Source: Eledone cirrhosa
Taxonomy: Eukaryota
NCBI GenBank assembly: GCA_964016885.1
Contig: OZ024754.1
Span: 29,202,001 to 29,266,000, forward strand
Reading direction: 5' to 3'
DNA length: 64,000 nt
Shown: positions 39,771 to 53,117 of the stretch, in pieces
Position numbering within the stretch: the stretch's first letter is position 1
Layout: the number at the start of each line of letters is the position of its first letter
The notes under the pieces: model-generated
Database searches by the model: none
What the model saw: only the letters and a program-made list of their open reading frames with translations
Told to the model about the DNA's origin: nothing
Made by a program: the position numbers and the translations under genes

Positions 39771-40178
39771 CCGTCATACAGTAACAGGCAACAAACCGAC
39801 CTCTATTTCAAAACACAAAGTAGGAGAGAAAGAGAGAAAGCGATAAACGAAAATGTGAACTTATTCATTTATATGTATGTCTACCATGTTCTTTTATACC
39901 ATATTCTCATTAATATGCAGCTTAACTCCATTATAAATTTTATTATACACTTCTGTAACATGAAGAAGCCTAACAATTTTTGGCTGAAACCGCTACGATA
40001 AATTCCTTTTTTTTGTAAATAAATGAGAAAATCCCATTAGCATTTTCTACTGTTTTTTTCTTATTTTACTACTATATATCTACTCGTGTGTCACTTCTCA
40101 ACATTCTAAACACACACACACACATACACAGACGCACATACACACACACACGCATATATATACACATACATAAATATA

Positions 40179-40249
<71 letters not shown>

Positions 40250-40524
40250 CCAAAGATTAATATGGTTCATTGATTACTCAATGAATATAGTTTTACAATA
40301 GATTAAAAGCACTCTACAAAGAAGTGTTCTGGAGTTATTAATATTATTCAAAGTATTAATAAATGAAGACATTCACATAATCAAAATATATGTTTTATTA
40401 TATATATTTCGAAGGTACTGTGCTGTTTTTTCAGTACGTCCTCGTCAGATAAAATACACATACATGCCAATACTGGAATTGAACCATCAAGACCGTTGAG
40501 GTATGTCATACATCAATTCATGTA

Positions 40525-40587
40525 TTTTATCTGACGAGGACGTACTGAAAAAAACAGCACAGTACCTTCGAAATATATATAATAAAA
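40525..40587 (+). ncRNA. Hammerhead ribozyme (family D); antisense twin at 40393-40454; inverted arms 40346-40458 / 40521-40635
   Basis: ttttat CTGACGA gga c gtactg..cagtac c ttc GAAA tatata TA ataaaa. Confidence 0.75.
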
Positions 40588-40979
40588 CATATATTTTGAT
40601 TATGTGCATGTCTTCATTTATTAATATTTTGAATTATATATATATATATTATATATATAGTATATAGATAAATCTACCAAAATGATGAATTTTTTAATAT
40701 AAGGAACTGTTTCTTTGTTTTCATTCATTATTTTTATTATTTTATATTATATATATATATGCACATACATACATACATACATATATATATATGTATATAT
40801 ATCTATCTATGTATATATATATATATGTATATATATCTATGTGTATGTATATATATATATACAAACAAACCGAGCATTATAATAAATGTTCGGTAAATCC
40901 ATACGTACATATATATATGTGTGTATGTATATACATACTACTGTACGTCTGTATACATATATGTATGTACTTATACATA

Positions 40980-41172
<193 letters not shown>

Positions 41173-41279
41173 GCGCACACACACACATATATATAAATAT
41201 ATATATATATATACTAACTACTAATGACATTAAAAGACTGTGCCATAAATACACACTCTCTCAGACACACTCCACATGT

Positions 41280-41327
<48 letters not shown>

Positions 41328-41332
41328 GTGTG

Positions 41333-41368
<36 letters not shown>

Positions 41369-41441
41369 CATATATATATGTATGTATATATATATATATA
41401 CACATACATATATATGTATATATATATATACACATACATAC

Positions 41442-41478
<37 letters not shown>

Positions 41479-41517
41479 TACATACATATATATATATATG
41501 TGTATATATATATATAC

Positions 41518-41561
<44 letters not shown>

Positions 41562-42329
41562 ACATGTGGAGTGTGTCTGAGAGAGTGTCTATTTATGGCA
41601 CAGTTTTTTAATGTCATTAGTAATTTTTGGCAATCTAATTACCAGTGTGGAAAACCAAAGAGAGAAAAGACAGAAAAATGTCTTTGATAACCAAATTTAC
41701 TAAGAAAATAACCACTTGAGTTTACTTATAGAATATTCAGAGAAAATATATAAATAAATAAATAAATAAATAAATAGATAAATAAATGAATAATAAATAG
41801 ATAAATAGATAGATAAATAAATATCTATTTATTTATTTATCTATCTATTTATCTATTTATTATTCATTTATTTATTTATTGTATTTAGAATTCAAAGAAA
41901 TTATTATCTGTTTAATTACGTTTGACATTTGCTATAGACAAGCCGAAGTTGTCCTAACCGATGGAGGTTTCTGATAACAGTTTTGAACAATCCACCAATC
42001 ATATATAGAAATAGATTCAATGAAGTTTTATTGATTCAAATATCATATTTAACGACAGAGAGTAGAGAGAAGGGAGCGAAAGAGAGAGAGAGAGGGAGGG
42101 GTAGAGAAAGGAAGAGAGGGGAAAGAAATAATGAGATAGAGGAGAGTGAGTGAAAGGACTAGAGAGGCGGGAGTGTGGGGGAGAGGAAGAAATAGTGAGA
42201 GAAAGAGAGGGGAATATAAACAAAAGGTGTGAGGAATGGACAGGTTTTAGGGAATTCTACTCTTTGTCTTGAAGATATAAAAGGATACCTCAGCTGTGCC
42301 CTTCTGGTATCCAGTCACACCTGGGACCG

Positions 42330-42433
42330 CTTCTTCTTCTTCTTCTTCTTCTTCTTCTTCTTCTTCTTCTTCTTCTTCTTCTTCTTCTTCTTCTTCTTCT
42401 TCTTCTTCTTCTTCTTCTTCTTCTTCTTCTTCT
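42330..42433. repeat. (TTC)n microsatellite
   Basis: Direct reading. Confidence 0.97.
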
Positions 42434-43120
42434 GTGTGTGTATGTATGTATATATTCCGCAGTTTCTATCTAACAAATTTCACTCACAAGGCATTGGTCA
42501 ACCCAAAGCTGTAAAAGAAGACATTTGCCAAAAGGGAGATAAGATAACACCGAAACCATGTTGTTACGTAGCAAACCTGTTAAACGTAACATACTACCAT
42601 GTTTTCAGATATATGCTTAAACATTTTTCATCAACTTGTGAAGAATTCAGGTGACAAATTTATTTCAAAGTGTTCTGACTTTACGATTGTGATCTTAAAG
42701 GTGTTATTTGAAAATCTCGTTGGATATACCATGAATAACAAGATTATAAGATATATCGATGTATCTACTTGCTAAATATTATTCCAGTGAAGCCTGCTAT
42801 ATAATTACTGCATCAATCAATAATACTAGCCATTGTTCAGAAACCTGGCTCATTCTTCTCTGTTTCTACTCTGTAAATTATATTTCTAAAACTTCAAAAG
42901 CGTTTAAGACGATAAACTACTGTGTATATGTGTACATATACACATATACTCACAGTTATATGTATATATATATATGTATATATATATGTATACACACACA
43001 CACACAGCACACACACATATATAGAATACATATATACGTATATATGTATATATATGTACATATATATAGATATAGATAATAGATTTATATATGTGTATGA
43101 AAATATATATACATATATAT

Positions 43121-43606
43121 AGTAATAATAATAAATTTGAAGACTAAAATCCAAAGAGGGCTCGATAAGGATAAATATATATCAAATATATAAGAACCGT
43201 AGAGCAAATATTTATTAAAATAACAGATTAAAGTTTAAGCAAAGAATCGCTGCTTTCACCCGTAACGGGATCTTCTGAAACTAACAAAGTCAATCTGTAA
43301 ACGCAGAACTGGATATTTTAAAAAATGTTGTAACCGGAGGAAGACAGGAAGACGATACATTGGTTCGTGGAAACGTTCGCTGGCAAAGAACGGGAAAAAA
43401 AAAACTTTATTTTTTTTTCCCCGTTCTTTGCCAGCGAACGTTTCCACGAACCAATGTATCGTCTTCCTGTCTTCCTCCGGTTACAACATTTTTTAAAATA
43501 TCCAGTTCTGCGTTTACAGATTGACTTTGTTAGTTTCAGAAGATCCCGTTACGGGTGAAAGCAGCGATTCTTTGCTTAAACTTTAATCTGTTATTTTAAT
43601 AAATAT
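43121..43606. mobile_element. HHR family B, near-perfect ~400-bp palindrome
   Basis: 43207-43402 versus 43408-43606; mirrored ORFs at 43256/43367. Confidence 0.85.
43532..43582 (+). ncRNA. Hammerhead-like ribozyme with U4A core (family B); twin at 43232-43282 minus
   Basis: agttt CAGAAGA t cccg tta cggg t GAAA gca gcgattctt tgc TT aaact. Confidence 0.65.
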
Positions 43607-43612
43607 ACATAC

Positions 43613-43720
<108 letters not shown>

Positions 43721-43941
43721 AATTAAGTTAAAAATGTACATCCACATATGTATACTGAAATACTAGTATGCATATGAATACACACACGTATACATATGTA
43801 GATGTACCGAGTTTTTCACTGGTCACTTTACTGTGAGTGTCCAGCTATTCTGTATGTAAACACACAGACAAACCGGTTTTTAGAGTCATACTGGTTTTTG
43901 AGGAAACACCTTTCCTCTATTCTCCAGAAAGCCAGACAAGG

Positions 43942-43986
43942 AATATTGAACTAGTTTCGTTGTTGTTACAACTCATCAGCAATATT
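43942..43986 (-). ncRNA. Minimal type I hammerhead ribozyme (family O)
   Basis: Reverse complement: aatattg CTGATGA gttg taacaa caac GAAA ctag TT caatatt; 7-bp stem I, palindromic ACTAGT. Confidence 0.8.
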
Positions 43987-44073
43987 TACCTATCTTCCGG
44001 CCTTTCTAGAGAATCATAAAAGCACATATCGTTATATGCTTTTTCTATGAAAATTAGTAGTGGGCAGACTAAT

Positions 44074-44706
44074 AAACACAGTAAACCGTGTGTCTAATAT
44101 TACAAGGGTTGAAAAACCACATTTGTTTGAAATATTTAACCAAGAAGCAGACAGAATAAGAAAATAAAAATATATTATTATACAAACCGCCTCATTAACC
44201 ATTATATCTCTCGGACAGATTATCCCTATTTCGCCCTGAGTGTGTTTGTAACAGATAATCCTTGGGCATCATCAGCGACAGAATCTGATTAAATGCGACA
44301 AACACTATGTACCAACGTTCACACAGAAAGATGAAATTTATCACCTCGTGCGCCGCTAGTCAAACGTGGTAAGCGTGTATTGAATAGAAACAACAGTCCA
44401 ACACACACGTTTGACTAGCGGCACACGAGGTGATAAATTTCATCTTTCTGTGTGAACGTTGGTACATAGTGTTTGTCGCATTTAATCAGATTCTCTCGCT
44501 GATGATGCCCAAGGATTATCTGTTACAAACACACTCAGGGCGAAACAGATTAGGGATAATCTGTCCGAGAGATATAATGGTTATTGAGGCGGTTTGTATA
44601 ATAATATATTTTTATTTTATCATTCTGTCTGCTTCTTGGTTAAATATTTCAAACAAATGTGGTTTTTCAACCCTTGTAATATTAGACACACGATTTACTG
44701 TGTTTC
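44074..44706. mobile_element. HHR family E inverted pair (arms ~44074-44368 / 44406-44706)
   Basis: About 295-bp reverse-complement arms with a ~38-nt spacer. Confidence 0.85.
44492..44572 (+). ncRNA. Type I hammerhead ribozyme (family E)
   Basis: tctctcg CTGATGA t gccc..gggc GAAA cagatta ggga taatctg TC cgagaga; predicted cut after C44565; the twin at 44207-44282 lacks 5 nt of stem III. Confidence 0.88.
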
Positions 44707-44714
44707 TTACTGCA

Positions 44715-44768
<54 letters not shown>

Positions 44769-45638
44769 CGAAGGAGGTGTGGTAAGGAACCAGATGGACC
44801 ATAACGCACCAGAGTACTCAATACTTAGAGTAGTAGAGCGAGTAATTGGAAAATGTTTAACCCCGACGGCAGAGTTCAATCCGTTTCGACAGCTATTTCT
44901 GCCGTTTTCTGCCGTCAGGCTTAAACATTTTCCTATATATATATATATATATATAGAAGGATTTTATTTTAATGGATACAGTTTAGTTAAGAAGGAATTT
45001 ATTGACACGTGTTTCTATAACAGTTACATAACCTGAAAACAGCTGCTATCTACAAAGTATTAGTTATGCAGACATTCAATGTTTCAATGTTATTATCAAC
45101 TGTCATTTCATCGGAATAATTTTACTGAGGACCTGTTTGGTTTTTATAGAGAATATTAGGAGGGAGGGGTGAAGTTGTTAGAAGAATAGTTGAGGGAGTG
45201 GTTTTTTGATAGCAGTGAGAATTTTTGGTGGCAGTGAGTAATTAGATTCCCATCTGTTGTTTTGACATTTTTATAGAATATATTATTGGTTATTTTTCTA
45301 AATCTATAGAAGGATTAGAGATAGTAAAGATATGCGTGGTTGGTTTTGTGTTTGCACTTAATTAACATTCAGACTTAAATTTTTCTTTCAAGTGTACGTA
45401 TCCTTTCGCCCACGCATTCACACACAAACATATATGCACACCTCTAAAAAATACATATACTTACATACACATACTTACATGCTCATACTTACATACATAT
45501 ACACATGCATACATATATATATACACATATATACATGTACATACATACGCGTTCATGTGTATTCATTTTCATACTCAACTTATCTTTATATACACACGTA
45601 TAGACACACACATATATACACACATACTCCAGTCTATT

Positions 45639-45684
<46 letters not shown>

Positions 45685-46169
45685 TATAAACACTTTAATA
45701 CATGAATGCACTTACATCTAACTATACACATCAAACATATATATATATTTACTTATTTATATACATTTTCACAATCTATATACATACTTATGGTCGCTTT
45801 TAGATACATTCATTATAGCATATTTGCACCTATTCTCAATTTAAGTGAAATGAAATGAAATGAAATTTAAGTGAAATGAAATGAAATGAAATTTAAGTGA
45901 AATGAAATGAAATGAAATGAAAAGACGTTCAAATTGCGAACGTGCGCCTTAAATGTGATATATGTATGATATATGTATGTGTGTGCGTGAATGTTTGTAT
46001 GCGTAAGTTTATGTAGTGAAAGATGTGTGCGAATATGTGTATGATAAAACGGGAAAAATATGTGTGCGATATATGTATGTGAGGAAATGGATTTAATTTG
46101 AAAGAAAGAATGAATGAAACTGGCCGTTATGATGTTGGAATCCAGGCTTGTAAATAAGCCATTCTGGTG

Positions 46170-46450
46170 CATTTCTTTCCGTTCGATTATTGATCCTAGG
46201 TTATAATTGGTTGGTTAAGAGGGCTTTCTTAATTCTCAGCGTGCCTATACTGCGTTCGGCAGCTAAGACTGTGGTGGTAATATTGTCCCGGTTTTCACAT
46301 TTGATGATGTGTTTGCGGAAGGATGGGATTTGGTGTTAACATGCTCTTTAATACTAAGATGTAACGGTCGAATAGTGCTGCCTATGGAAATAGATTGCGC
46401 TTGTTAAATTCTAGACTGTTTAACATTCTCCATACACATTATGTTGGTCT
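46170..46450 (-). pseudogene. Degenerate PLE GIY-YIG C-terminal relic
   Basis: Manual translation gives SIGSTIRPLHLSIKEH..TLRIKKALL..PRINNR. Confidence 0.45.
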
Positions 46451-46474
46451 TCAAAATTTAAGTTTGTGGTTCAT

Positions 46475-46618
<144 letters not shown>

Positions 46619-46945
46619 CAGAGAGAGAGATGTGAAAAAAACCACAGACCCTCCATCTCAACTCTACTTTTGAAAAGCAGAAGAACTGCGAAACAGGCAA
46701 AGGAACCAAATAAATATATATTTTTATTAAAAAAAAGACTCCAGTTGCATTTTCGATTTATATATATATATGTATATATATATATATGTGTGTGTGTGTG
46801 TATGTGTGTGTGTGTTTGTTTGTTTGTTTGTGTGTGTGTGTGTGCGTGCGCGTGAGTGTGTGTATGTAAAAGGTAAACAGAAATAACAACACAATCGGTA
46901 TGAAAAGGATATATTAGGTTAACGCTTGATATAGCAGGAAGAGGG

Positions 46946-46981
46946 TCTTAACGTTTCGGGCGCTAGTCCTTCATCAGAAGA
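46946..46981 (-). ncRNA. Minimal hammerhead (family C)
   Basis: Reverse complement identical to 52977-53012. Confidence 0.7.
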
Positions 46982-47625
46982 AAGAATGAGAAATAAGATA
47001 GATAGAAAGGACGAGCGGGTTGGAATTGGAAAAAATGTCTTTAGATAAAAATAACAGGTCCATTGATATTAGGTAGAAATGTGATTTGTGTTATTGTAAA
47101 TTTATAAGATAGAACAACATTTTTGACATAAACATAATTAATATTGTCAATTTCTATGTATCAAATTATTTTAGTAGAATGACTTGTGTGTGTTATATGG
47201 AACTAACGTTGTGTTTATGGGTGTGTATATACGTATGCATATATGGAAGTTTCAAAGTTTGTTTAAATATGTACAGAGAGAGAAAGAGAAAGACCAACAA
47301 GAAAGAGAGCGAGAGAGAAGTGAGGGGGGGGGGGCAGAGAGGGAAGAAAGAGAGAGAAAGAACGAGAAAGAGAGAGAGGGAGGGGAAGTGGTGGAAAGAG
47401 AGAAAGGTAGGGGGGAGAAAGAGAGAGAGGAAGGAGAAAGATATATCTTTATATATATATATATATATATATGCAAAAGTTCTATTTAAATTGTTGGGAT
47501 ACAACAAGCAAATATTTTTATAACTGATATAAAGCACTCGACAAGTATCCCTGATGTCTTCCAAAAGTAACGGTTGCATTTTGAAAGGGTATGTCAATAT
47601 TTATTTATAAAACTGGTATATATTT

Positions 47626-47690
47626 TATTTTGTCTGATGAAAGCATACCATAATTTAACATGGTATCCTTGAAATATGTATAATAAAATA
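47626..47690 (+). ncRNA. Hammerhead ribozyme (family J, diverged subfamily)
   Basis: tattttgt CTGATGA aag c ataccat..atggtat c ctt GAAA tatgta TA ataaaata. Confidence 0.8.
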
Positions 47691-47729
47691 GATATGGTTT
47701 TATAAATATAGTTTCCATTTGTTAATATC

Positions 47730-47764
<35 letters not shown>

Positions 47765-48004
47765 AGAGAGAGATAGAGAGAGAGGGTGAGAGAGAGGGTG
47801 AGAGAGAGGGAGAGTGGTGAGAGACTGTTACTCCGATGATTAATCAGACCAGTTATACAAAGAACGCAGCAATAAGTTTTAAATAAATGGTAAAAATGTA
47901 TTTTTTGTTAGTACCGGACAAATCGGACAAATTTACTCAGTGACTAGTGTGAGTTGTAATAAGATAACATCGTAGTTATGTATATACAAACACATATTCA
48001 CATC

Positions 48005-48054
48005 CACACACACGCCTATATATACATATCTCTCTCTCTCTTTCTCTCTCCCCC

Positions 48055-48120
<66 letters not shown>

Positions 48121-48148
48121 CACTCACACACACGCCTATATATACATA

Positions 48149-48180
<32 letters not shown>

Positions 48181-48184
48181 CCCC

Positions 48185-48229
<45 letters not shown>

Positions 48230-48288
48230 AATACACTCACACACACGCCTATATATACATATCTCTCTCTCTCTTTCTCTCTCTCTCT

Positions 48289-48380
<92 letters not shown>

Positions 48381-48439
48381 CACTCACACACACGCCTATA
48401 TATACATATCTCTCTCTCTCTTTCTCTCTCTCTCTCCCC

Positions 48440-48514
<75 letters not shown>

Positions 48515-48522
48515 CACTCACT

Positions 48523-48530
<8 letters not shown>
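48005..48530. repeat. Higher-order tandem repeat of a compound microsatellite unit (~110-140 bp, four copies)
   Basis: cacacacgcctatatatacatatc-(TC)n-(C)n-(TC)n-(TA)n recurs. Confidence 0.85.
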
Positions 48531-48553
<23 letters not shown>

Positions 48554-48854
48554 GTGGATATATCTATATTGTCTCTACGATCATGCGATAGAAGCAACAA
48601 AGAAATATATCAATTCACGGCGCCGTGGCGCCTATTGGAATATCATTTTAGGGATCGCAGAAAACAGAAAATGGAATAAAACATTTTTGTAATTCAATCG
48701 ACAATTAGAGAGTGATTGAATATCATATCATACTTTCCTATTGTTAAAATAAGTACTTCTTTAAGTGAACCGATATTTCAGGAAAATATTTTTGCAAATG
48801 TTTTAGCATAAATAATAATAAAAAAAAAAAAAAAAGTTAAATTGGAAAGGAGCC

Positions 48855-50230
48855 GATAGTTAGATCAGACCAAAGAAATTATGTTTCCATTGTTTTTTCC
48901 GTTACTGATATAAACTTCCGATAATAACTCCTGGTTATTGAAATAAATGAGCCCGTCATCATATCAGACCAAAGAAATTATGTTTCCATTCGTCTGTCCT
49001 TTGCTGATATTAACGGCCGATAACAACTCCTGGTAATTGAAAGAAACGGGACGGTTATCAGATCTAGCCAAGGAAACTAGTTTTCCTTTGGTCTTTTGAT
49101 TGTTGATACTATAAGGGGGTCGCAACCCATGTTTTATTTTTCAAAGAAAGACATGAAAATCACTTTGAAGTTTTGAATTAATGAGATTCTTTAGCCTGTT
49201 TAATGATATGGTTTAAATGGACTCTTCTTCAGCGTGTCCAGCCATTATATTATTAGTCATACACGAAATGAAGTTTTGAATGAAAGAAATTCTTTAACCT
49301 GGTTAATGATATGGGGTAAATGGACTCTTCTTCCGCGTGTCCAGCCATTATGTTATTATTAGTCATACACGAAATGCAACCTAACTAGAAGTAACGTCAC
49401 TTCAATTTCCAAACATCAATATTATTAAACAAAATTTGTTGATTCCACTTGATTAAGAATTATTTAAAGTGTTCATGCTTGTATGAGGCCGCCTTTGTTT
49501 TAACTAACATTTCTTTCTCATATATCAACACAACTCTCTTGTGTTGAGCTATATTTTAACCACAACCGAAGCACAAAGAAAGTAGAAGTAGAGGCACCAC
49601 CCTACCCAAATTCTTGTGTCAATAAACAAATTCTCATACATTATAAAGAAATATTACATTTTCGCTTTCTAGAATGTGATTCCCTTTGTTCTACTTAACG
49701 AATACTGTCTAATATATTATATTCCTTGTGTTCAGCTCTTTAATAATTCCAATTAAAGCGCTGGGAAAATAAAAAAGTAAAGATACCTCACCAATTTCTT
49801 AATTTTATTCTAGAATGTTGTTTCCTTTTTCCTAACAAACAACCACTGAGTAATATATTATATTCCTTTCAAATAGATGCTTTATTAATCACAAGAGATC
49901 TGTCAAGAAAATAAATAGAAGTAATGGCAATTCACTTTCCAAATTGTCAGTATTAATAAATAAATTTATAATAATCTACGACATTATACAATTACATTGA
50001 TTTTAGTCTAATGTGTAGCTTTCTTGTGTTCCAACTAACAAATATATTCTAATGTATCACTTTCTCTTGTGCTAACCTCTTTATTAACCAGAATGTAAAT
50101 GCATGGAAAAATAGATGCTATGACGTTTCATTTCTCAAATAAATTCCAGCTCTCATAAATGAATTTATAATGTTCTAATACATTATATTTTATTTTCTTT
50201 CTTTTAACTAATATATTACACTCCAGTGTG
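48855..50230. repeat. Mosaic of degenerate ~100-180-bp tandem repeats
   Basis: atcagaccaaagaaattatgtttccatt at 48864/48963; tgaagttttgaat..gtcatacacgaaatg at 49166/49270; aatatattatattcc at 49711/49852. Confidence 0.6.
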
Positions 50231-50639
50231 TGTCAGGGCCTTTTTAAGCAACAGCTAAACATGCAAGCCAAAAAGAATCTAGTAGAGCAAAACGCGTGAC
50301 ACCTTCTTAAGTGGCAACCTGATGCTGTTCTGTTTGCCAAGCCGAAGAGGATAAACTGGCCAATTGTCGGTTGCTCTCTCATAGGTTTGAAGTAGAGCTT
50401 GTAGCAATGGAGACGTCCCCCAAACCATATCCTTTCTCGTTATAATCGGAGTGGAGTGGGATGGCTGCAGGTGCGAGCCCCGCGATTTGGAGTGGCTGTT
50501 AATTAGTGTTTAGTTTGTGGTATCTTTGTTTCTAAGGATCAAACTTATATATATTTGTATCTATCTAAATATACATATATATGTACACACAATCACAAAA
50601 ACACAGGCGCCTAACACATGTATGTATGTATGTCGGGTC

Positions 50640-51190
50640 ACTCTTGAGTTCTACTGGTAACATGTAACCCAGTACAACCTGTCGCATGGTCGGGTCGTCG
50701 GCGACTAAACCGGCAACCCCACCAAGTTTACTTTGTGAGGAGGGTGATTTGGGACACCCAGCAGGAAGAAAAAACAAAACCTGACAAAGGGCGGAAGAAC
50801 TCATAAGAGTCAACGGCCATTCAAAAGTGTGCAAATATGTATATACACATGTACATATGTATGTATATGTATATGTGTATATACATGGGTGCATGTGTAT
50901 GTATATGCGCGGGGACATAGAAGTAGTCGGGCTGGATACCCGAGCGTGCAGTTAAACCACTGCGAGTGAAGGACCCCTAGCCTTTGTCAGGGCATTCTTC
51001 TAGGAGAAAGCAACTCAGGAAACTGGGATAACTCCGATATAAAACCTGCGGCTCAGTAGTAACCGATGATATTGATCCTTTCTTCTTTTCAGGTTGCAGC
51101 TACTGTCGCTCAGAGAATGGGATTGGCTCAGTGCACAGTCTTTCCTCACTTTAAAAAATATGTTCACGCACAGGCATTGCACGATAGAAT
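50640..51190 (+). mobile_element. Probable LINE (RTE-like) 5' region, interrupted by a microsatellite
   Basis: GC-richer non-coding block; gggc.ga.gaactcataagagtcaacggc is shared with 2953-2983 on the opposite strand; family assignment from recalled similarity only. Confidence 0.4.
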
Positions 51191-51305
51191 TAATTAATAA
51201 TTATTAATAATGGAATATCGTGCAATGGCCATACTCGATAACGAGGGGACAGCCATCATGTATGTATGTAGGTAGGTATACTGTATATGTATATATATAT
51301 ATATA

Positions 51306-51376
<71 letters not shown>

Positions 51377-51418
51377 GATATTAAACAAATGGAAACTATA
51401 TTTATAAAACCATATTTA

Positions 51419-51480
51419 TTTCATTATACATATTTCGGGGATACCATATTAAAAATATGGCATGCCTTCTTCAGATAAAA
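51419..51480 (-). ncRNA. Hammerhead ribozyme (family J)
   Basis: Reverse complement nearly identical to 7039-7100. Confidence 0.75.
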
Positions 51481-51672
51481 TACAATATATAAACAGTTTT
51501 ATAAATAATTTTGACGTACCATAAATATTGAGCAACCGTTATGTAGGAAGCCGGTTTTATAAATATAGTTTCCATGTTTAATATCGTATATCTACTCCAA
51601 AACTTGTCGAGTGCATTATATCAGTTATAAAATATTTACTTGTTGTAACCCAACGATTTTAAATAAAACTTT

Positions 51673-51715
<43 letters not shown>

Positions 51716-52315
51716 AGTAAGGATGCTTGGATGCGTCCTTAGGCTGTATGCCGGTTGAGCACTCTATGCTCCTTCGGAGCAGAGTATGATGATATGGGAA
51801 ACGAAGAATCAGTGATGCATCGGAACACAATTTATTACGTATTACAATCGTTTCTTCGGCGAACGGTTCGAGGTGCGATATGTTTGTGGATCGAAACTGA
51901 CTCTGGATTCGCAAGTTCCTCAGATACATCTAGTGATTTCGAAGCTAATCTTCTTTCTCCTGGAATCTGACCCTTCGAATTTCTATCATCTGCCATCATC
52001 CTGTTTGCGCGGCACGTCGATTGGTTGATTGTCCGAGACGTCATCTGTGTGTTTGACCATTCAAATCTGCCCACTGACCATTTCCATTCAGGCGTGAGCT
52101 GTCACTCACCTTAATCCCGCCGCCAGAAATTACTGTTATGTGTAGTAGAGGTGTTATGAACTGTCTTGCCCTTCCCTGGCTTGCCCGTTGCCCTACACAT
52201 ATACACCCACACACACGTGTGTTCACACATAAACAGACATTCCGAGTCATTGATCGCACACTTATCTGTGCGGACACACACGCACACACACACGCACGCA
52301 CGCACACGCACACGC

Positions 52316-52370
<55 letters not shown>

Positions 52371-52415
52371 GTTCCATCATTATCTTTTTCTGATTTATGC
52401 TGTTCAAGATCTAGC

Positions 52416-52469
52416 TGTCTGATGAGGTCATAGCTGTTGAATAATGGTTATCACCGAAAAATATTTACA
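52416..52469 (+). ncRNA. Hammerhead ribozyme (family P)
   Basis: tgt CTGATGA ggt c atagctgtt gaat aatggttat c acc GAAA aatat TT aca. Confidence 0.6.
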
Positions 52470-52570
52470 ACGAATATGAATAAACGAAGTTAATTTTAAG
52501 CTGTCAACTTACACTTCTTGTCTATATATATATATATATATACATACATATATACATATATACATATACA

Positions 52571-52675
<105 letters not shown>

Positions 52676-52976
52676 CGTGCTTCTATTAGTTAAACTGTGT
52701 GAAACCACAGCCTGTCAAAGCGCTGATGAATGTATATAAATATTTGGGATCTCTTGTCCATTTTCTTTCTTCCTATCACTTCTACGGCCAACACACTTCT
52801 ACCCTTTGATTTCCATCTTTTAGGTAAATTTTTCTAAAAAATAAATCGCACAAAATGCCGGCATCAACAGTTTTGCAAGAGATGTCAACATGAATGGACC
52901 TGCTATTTTTATCTAAAGATATTTTTTTCCAATTCCACCCTGCCTGTTCTTTCAATCTATCTAATTTTTCATTCTT

Positions 52977-53012
52977 TCTTCTGATGAAGGACTAGCGCCC
53001 GAAACGTTAAGA
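52977..53012 (+). ncRNA. Minimal hammerhead (family C)
   Basis: tctt CTGATGA a ggac tagc gccc GAAA cg TT aaga; palindromic ACGT stem III. Confidence 0.7.
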
Positions 53013-53117
53013 CCCTCTTCCTGCTATTTCAAGCGTTAACCTAATATATCCCTTCCATATACTGTAGCGATTGTGTTGTTATTTGTTTACCTTTTACATA
53101 CATATACATCATATATA

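Noticed and set aside
43256-43558. Two mirrored 63-aa ORFs
   Set aside because: By-product of the palindrome
45841-45922. CRISPR-like 26-bp repeats
   Set aside because: (TGAAA)n-based tandem with no unique spacers, in a eukaryotic context
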